The translations under genes were made by a program, and so were the position numbers. A stretch of 64,000 nucleotides of DNA. It comes from Neoechinorhynchus agilis. Taxonomy: Eukaryota; Animalia; Acanthocephala. Positions 58,465 through 64,000 of this stretch are shown here, in pieces. A model generated the notes under the pieces. The model ran no database searches, was not told where the DNA came from, and saw nothing but the letters and a program-made list of their open reading frames with translations. The DNA is taken from positions 16,284,784 through 16,348,783 of the forward strand of contig CM121341.1 of the NCBI GenBank assembly GCA_051530055.1, given 5' to 3'. Position 1 is the first letter of the stretch, and every line of letters begins with the position of its first letter.

Positions 58465-60290
58465 ATTAAAAGAGATTAATCCTTGATGGCAGGTTGAGAA
58501 AAGAACGAGAGCGGAGTACAGTGAAGCATTAACATAGTTGCGAAATATCATGCGCTTTTTATTCTAAGTGCAGTTACTAAAGCTCCAATGAAGTTATTAG
58601 CTACAAATATTCCGTTTCCAATAAACATTTTTAACTTATTAAAAGATCCGCGGTTATTGACCCGATTGAAAACGAAATCGTTTGTAAAATTGGAATAAGG
58701 GCTGCAATGCCATAGCCGTGCATATTATTCGACGAATCCGAGAATACAATGGCATTTTGATGCAGTCGAGGCGCCCACTGGCGATTAAGTTGAAGATGCA
58801 TCGAATTTTGATTTGCGAATGAAGTCAAGAAAGGTTTTGACAAAATATTCGATCTTGACGAAATATTGGTGCCTCAATATTTTTCGACGTTAGTTGATTC
58901 TATTGGATCGTAAGGAATTTACTACTTAAATTGTAGAATGCTTGCATCTTCTCAATATTTAGACGATCTTGATGGTCCATAATTTCCTTCGCCGGAATTT
59001 AGGCAAGCAGTGTCAGTGGTTCCACATTCTTTAACGTAACCAATCTGATTGATGCTACAATCCACCACATTTCTTATCCGCTCATCAACCCCGCATTCGA
59101 AGATCTTTAGTATGCGAGAAAGTGCAGTCTGATCGAGCGATAACGCAAAATTGGACGTGAGGCATTTTTCGGACTGGCAAGACACCGATTTTGAAGATAG
59201 GTAAGATTTTCACACTTGAGTTCATTTATTGAATGGTTAAAGCATAGTCTTGAAAGCGCAAATGAGGAGGACGGGAGCAGTGCTTTAGATTTGTCATTTT
59301 GTATGACAACTGAAAGTGGTGAAACGGAAACCAAGAAAGGTGATTCCAATGATCCGATTTCCGACGAGGCACGCCAAGTGGACAAAGTTGTTCAACGAGC
59401 AGAATACAACATCCCAGATCGAAATTTTGCCCCACAAATCTCTTGTTCCGACGGCTGTAACATTATTAGAAGCAAAATTGGAAGATTTCTAAGAAAACAA
59501 AAATTACCACTGTTAACGATGATGTTATTTCGATCAAATTTTCTATCCCGAAAGCTGAATATCGAACAATTCTTCGCTGAAGTTAACTACGCGATTAAGG
59601 GAAAAATCAATGGTTTATCGGAAGTCAAAACAGAGAAGTAGCTAATTTATCTGTGTAATGCAATCAAGTTCGATATTTATAAATGTTAAAGTCTAGTTTA
59701 ACGCAGTTCTAAAAAAGATAAACTTTGAATCTAAAACTATTTGGTGGTACAAAAGCATTATCCACTCAGTCTATTCATTTTTATAATTAAATTACTAAAT
59801 TTAATCGCCTTTGATTCCTACCTTTAGCACCCTTTTTACTTGCATAATTTTTAATTTAAGGTATTATCAATTTTTGAGTTTTATTGTTTACAAATTATGT
59901 TTTTTATGTTTCATTGAAATTTCGCAAATAGTGTAAATAACGAATTTGAAAAACAAACGATACAAAAACCTTGCAAGTGGGTATTTACGTGAAAAATGTT
60001 TTCCCCAACGCTAGGAAATATTTTCGATTGAGCGTCATAACTTAGGAGGTTTTCCTCTGGTTCTTAGGGGAGAGATCATTTCGTGAATATCCTGCAAAGA
60101 GCATTGTTTTCGCTAACGAACTTTCATTGCGAAAAAGCTACATAACTTTATTATTTCTCACTACTACAACAGTAAGTTTCGGCTTCAAGCCAACGCCCGA
60201 TGACGATTTCAGCGTTTAATTTGACGCTTCAGAGGGCACTTAAAAATAAAAGAAAATCTAAAAATGTGATATTGGTTTTTGAAGTCGAAT
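58465..60290 (-). repeat. Repeat B copy 3 (inverted, lacks the CRE insertion)
   Basis: Reverse complement aligns to 41560-42115 plus 43172-44490. Confidence 0.85.
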
Positions 60291-60622
60291 TTATTTCAAC
60301 CGATTTGGCCGATCTTGAACACAGTTCTGAAAATGGCGACGCGTTGCACGTTTGCGCTCGTCGATTGAACAGAACGGGAATGTACGGGTGTACTCGGTCT
60401 GGTGGTCACGGCCAATTAGTTCGATTGGATGCATTGACTGACAATTACCGTGATCGAGTAATCGGCGTTTTGAATTTCACCGATTTTTTGGATGGAAATG
60501 TAAGTCGAATTTTATTTGAGTTTAAGGATAAACTCAATGGTCTTTTACTTGTTAATGGCAATAACAATCTCACTGTCGGAGTAGGACATAGTGATGATTT
60601 AAATGCAGTTATTGTTCGTTGA
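60291..60622 (+). pseudogene. NCSTN: Nicastrin N-terminal fragment; signal peptide and downstream exons not found
   Basis: VCARRLNRTGMYGC resembles PCVRLLNATHQIGC; LFEFKDKLNGLLLV resembles the following SRIAGLAV segment. Confidence 0.5.
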
Positions 60623-60840
60623 AGAAGAAAAAGTAATTTTCAAACAAATTTTTATGAATTTTATATTTTTTCCATTCGACCTGCATCTTGCTTAATATCA
60701 ATATGTTTTATATTTTAAGTGCTTTTAAGGTCAGGCAGACGCAAAGAATTAATTAATGCTATCGCATCCCTCAGGAGCGTCAAATACCCCCGAGGAGGAG
60801 GAGGGGCTCGTCAGTAAATTGCTTCTTTAATTTATGTATC

Positions 60841-62520
60841 TTTCTTTTTTTTGAAAAACATAATATATTGTTAACAATTCAAACAATCTGTTTGAAGCAC
60901 ACTCACCACCTCCCGCCAAATTCCAGCTTTTGTCCTTCCTCGACCGTCGCCATCACGCTGGCAGCATTGCCTCGTTGTACTGCCAGCGAGATATTTTGTC
61001 GAAGGAATACACCTGCTCTTGAGTCTCCGGTTGCCTCTATCAATTCCTTCGAGACATCCTGGAGCAGAGAGAGTGCCGAGCTGCCGAGCGCTCCATACGT
61101 CTCTGCCCCAAAGGGGACAAAATGGTGAGCCCTCGATAACTGAATATATTTGCGTATTTTCCTCCCTTCCGCTGCACTGGGGGCACCACCGGCGATTTCG
61201 AGGGAGTAGCGGATCTTGCTGGCTGCGAGGGTGTCCACACACGTGGCGTCCCGGAGAAGGCGTTTGCCCTCCCGCCACGGGAAGACCAGTCGACAAAGGT
61301 GGGCGGGCTCCAGGATGTTCGGGAAGTTCGCCGTTCTCAACGCCCGAGAAATTGCGTTATTGATTTCAGAATGGCGTGAGAACCTTCCTCCTGACCTTCT
61401 GCAGACGAGACCGTGTCGCGCGAAAGCAGAGAGCTGGCCATTTAAAATACGCTCGAGACAAGCCCTCAACTTGCCGTCGAGCTTAGCCAATCCTTCCTAA
61501 TGTTTGAAAAATGTTGCTGTGCGAACCTCGTACAATAATTTGGGGATGAAGAGCGTGTTCTTTATGAGAAACAAGGCTTCATGAGCCGAGAGAGCGCTCA
61601 CGCTATCGCACAGCAACGAAAGTTTCGGTATGATATGACCGATCTCATCTTCCACATTTGAATCGAAGACGCAACTGCCCAGGAGGCTGAGTTCCTCCCG
61701 AGTCACGAGTTTCAAACCTGGAGCTACGGCCTCGAACCCAGCCATTAGTTCTTTGACTTTGGCGGCATCTCCAATATTCAATACAAGGAGCTCACATTTT
61801 CCAGCATTGAGCCCTATGTCCATCCTCGAGGTCTCTCTAATCAGCGTCTCCAAATCGCGCAGTACAACGGAGGGATCACCTCCGAGCGTAGCGTCATCCA
61901 AGTAACAAGCGTTGAAGCTGGAATGGAGAGAATGCGCTATTGTATTTACTGTTAGTGAGAGTGCGATTGGACCGAGGGGATCTCCTTGCTGCACTCCTAT
62001 TTCGGACCAAATGAAGTGGTCTTCGAAAAGCAAAGGACTCGCCGTCCTGTAGGCATTGAGAGAATACTGGAAGGCTTCTGGGGCATGATCCCTAATATCG
62101 CGAACATGGTTTCTCTATTGAGAGAGTTAAAAACGTAAGGCAATCGTTGACCAATCCCGTAAATGCTTTGGCGACCAGATATCGCGCGCCTTTTGGGATC
62201 CGTTTTAGGACGTTCCTGGGCAGAAACCGCACGATATCAGGTATCGAAATAGAATCAGTGGTGATCTGAGGGGTCTCAGGCACGAAAGGTTCGGTTAATT
62301 GTGGTGGAGAACCAGACCCACTACAGAGGAGATCCCGGGGACCATGGACAAACAAAACTCCAGATTGGTTAATTTAAAAGACCTACCGCAAACCGGACAC
62401 AAACCAGTAGAGACGCGTGGGAGCCCGGCAGCGTTGGTCTTCTCAGGTTGATCATGATCGATGAGTGGCGCGTTCAAATTATCTGCGTCAGCAGCGTCGA
62501 TTGTAGGCGATTTGAACACA
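60841..62520 (-). mobile_element. CRE-like retrotransposon (copy 6) with internal deletions and a poly(A) tail
   Basis: CPVC, KRIPKGAR, QQGDPLGP, CYLDDATL, RHGLVCRRSGGRF and PFGAETYG motifs; T-run at 60841-60853. Confidence 0.85.
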
Positions 62521-62566
62521 TTGTGACGTAATTTGGATGAACGAAAATATTTTGAAATAATCGAAA

Positions 62567-62899
62567 TACAGTAGAACGCCCATTATCCGGATCTGAATAC
62601 TGCCCTACTCAACTTCTGTTGCTCAAGAGAAACAGAGATTCTTCAGCGAACAAACGAAGGTGTGCCATGGGGTACAGAGATCAAATAAGTTATTATTTTA
62701 GAAAATTAGGCTAAAATTTATGTAATTATGCTCCAATTTTGCTTTTTTAAACCACTTCCACTGCATGTTAAGAACTTTGACATCTGTATTCTAGTTTTAA
62801 ATACTAAATACATCACATTGAGTTTTCGGTAATCTGAAAAATCTCGTATCCAAATGATGTTCGGTCAAAATTAATTCGGATAAAGGACGTTCTGCTGTA
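62567..62899. mobile_element. Tc1/mariner/pogo-type MITE (329 bp) with TA TSD
   Basis: TA|CAGTAGAACGCCCATTATCCG ... CGGATAAAGGACGTTCTGCTG|TA; 21-bp TIRs with 18/21 matches. Confidence 0.75.
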
Positions 62900-63079
62900 C
62901 TCTCATTGGTTTGGGGATGTGTCGACTACAAACGACCCACATCCGCAAAAATAATGTTGTCTCCATTTTTCGAAACGACACATCCATTTGACAAATATTT
63001 TCATTTTGAATCTAAAGCTATGACATAAGTTTAAGGCGGAGGAACTTTTGTAAGTTTCCAATTGCGAATGCGAATTCAA

Positions 63080-63690
63080 GGAGCTCTCGGGGCGCTTCCA
63101 CAAGAAAACTTTTGCTTCCGTAAAGTAGCAGCACTGTCCGGGAATTGAGACTAAGAGGATAATACAAAACCGATCGCAGTCTTTTAAATTCATCAAATGA
63201 TCTGTTCCGTTATGGAATTCGTCAATACAATAGTAATGGAATCGCCCTCAGAAGCAATCCACAGAATGCACCGTGAACAGTGTGATGTAGTCTAAATAGG
63301 GCAAAAGATGCAGGGCATTAAAAAGAAGGTCGTCCAGCACAATCAGGTTTACAGCAGATTTGAGAATTTCTCTGCCATTTCCAATCACCAACAGACTTTT
63401 CAACATTGCGCTGAGTTTGGTGGTACTTATTTTGTAGAAAGAGAGCCAAACCTAAAGAGACGTCTTGTTTTGGAAGCCTAACATATCGCTGTGTCCAACA
63501 CAATGGAAGGAAATAAAGCTAATTTTAGCACAAAAGCACAATGGGAGCGGAAACGTGATCCCGAACTTCGGATAAGGCCATCCCGTGCTCCCGAGCCAAA
63601 GAACACATTATTTGTAAAATCCCCTTGTAGATGATTTATGAGGCGAGGTTATCTCGTGAAATATTTCAAATGCATCAAATATGTTATTAG
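63080..63690 (+). mobile_element. Penelope-like element 3' relic: GIY-YIG domain plus degenerate pLTR hammerhead
   Basis: IHRMHREQCDVV*IGQK...QH...SAISNH...H...EREPNLKRRLVLEA*HI; G-GCGAG-gttat-CTCGT-GAAA-TAT-T-TCA at 63642-63668. Confidence 0.75.
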
Positions 63691-64000
63691 AAGTATTATT
63701 TAGCTCTTCACTCGGTAAATAATTTTTTATTAAAAAAAATTTCGAATCTCGACAGTTATTAAGCGTCTTTTAATAACTAACGAACTGACGGTGAATCCGA
63801 CGAGATTCGAAACTTCTTTAATGCAAAAAATTATCTACCGAGTGACGACCTAAATAATACTTCTAATAATATAACCCGAAATCTCACATATCGATATTTT
63901 AAAATATGTCATGCCCGGGAGTATGCTGATCACAATTCTAGTCATTTTTATATCACCAAAGAGTTTAATTCAAAATCAAATTTAACCATCAGGAGGTACT

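Overview
AT-rich eukaryotic DNA, probably from a compact invertebrate genome (taxon not assignable from sequence alone). Genes are intronless or have short 30-55 nt GT-AG introns. Recognisable host genes: a CAP/SCP-domain 3' end, tRNA-Val(AAC), SAAL1, eIF6, SBDS, a 4-EF-hand calmodulin-like gene, CRIPT, a full multi-exon NPC1, an Elongin A-like ORF and a nicastrin fragment, plus two orphans (one secreted, one multi-pass membrane). Much of the window is decayed mobile DNA: six CRE-like (RT+REL) non-LTR copies, five CR1/L2-like fragments, an I/Jockey-like LINE, two Penelope GIY-YIG relics, RTE, hAT, copia-like and MITE relics, and several local duplications. The most notable unexplained structure is a set of 75-350 bp palindromes that look like MITEs. 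They are head-to-head inverted pairs of Penelope-pLTR-like units carrying minimal hammerhead ribozyme motifs (CTGAnGA-N-stemII-GAAA-stemIII/NUH, usually followed by an AATAAA-like signal). Four have 11-18 bp target-site duplications, and one perfect copy has a complete hammerhead on each strand. Other highlights: an SBDS exon junction with no usable AG acceptor, a LINE lacking its endonuclease but carrying two tandem diverged RT domains, eIF6 next to SBDS, an Elongin A-like protein lacking the BC-box, a ~190-codon P-loop frame broken only by TGA, and a segmental duplication with reciprocal gene loss. All family calls are by motif recall, not database search. Boundaries of decayed elements are approximate.
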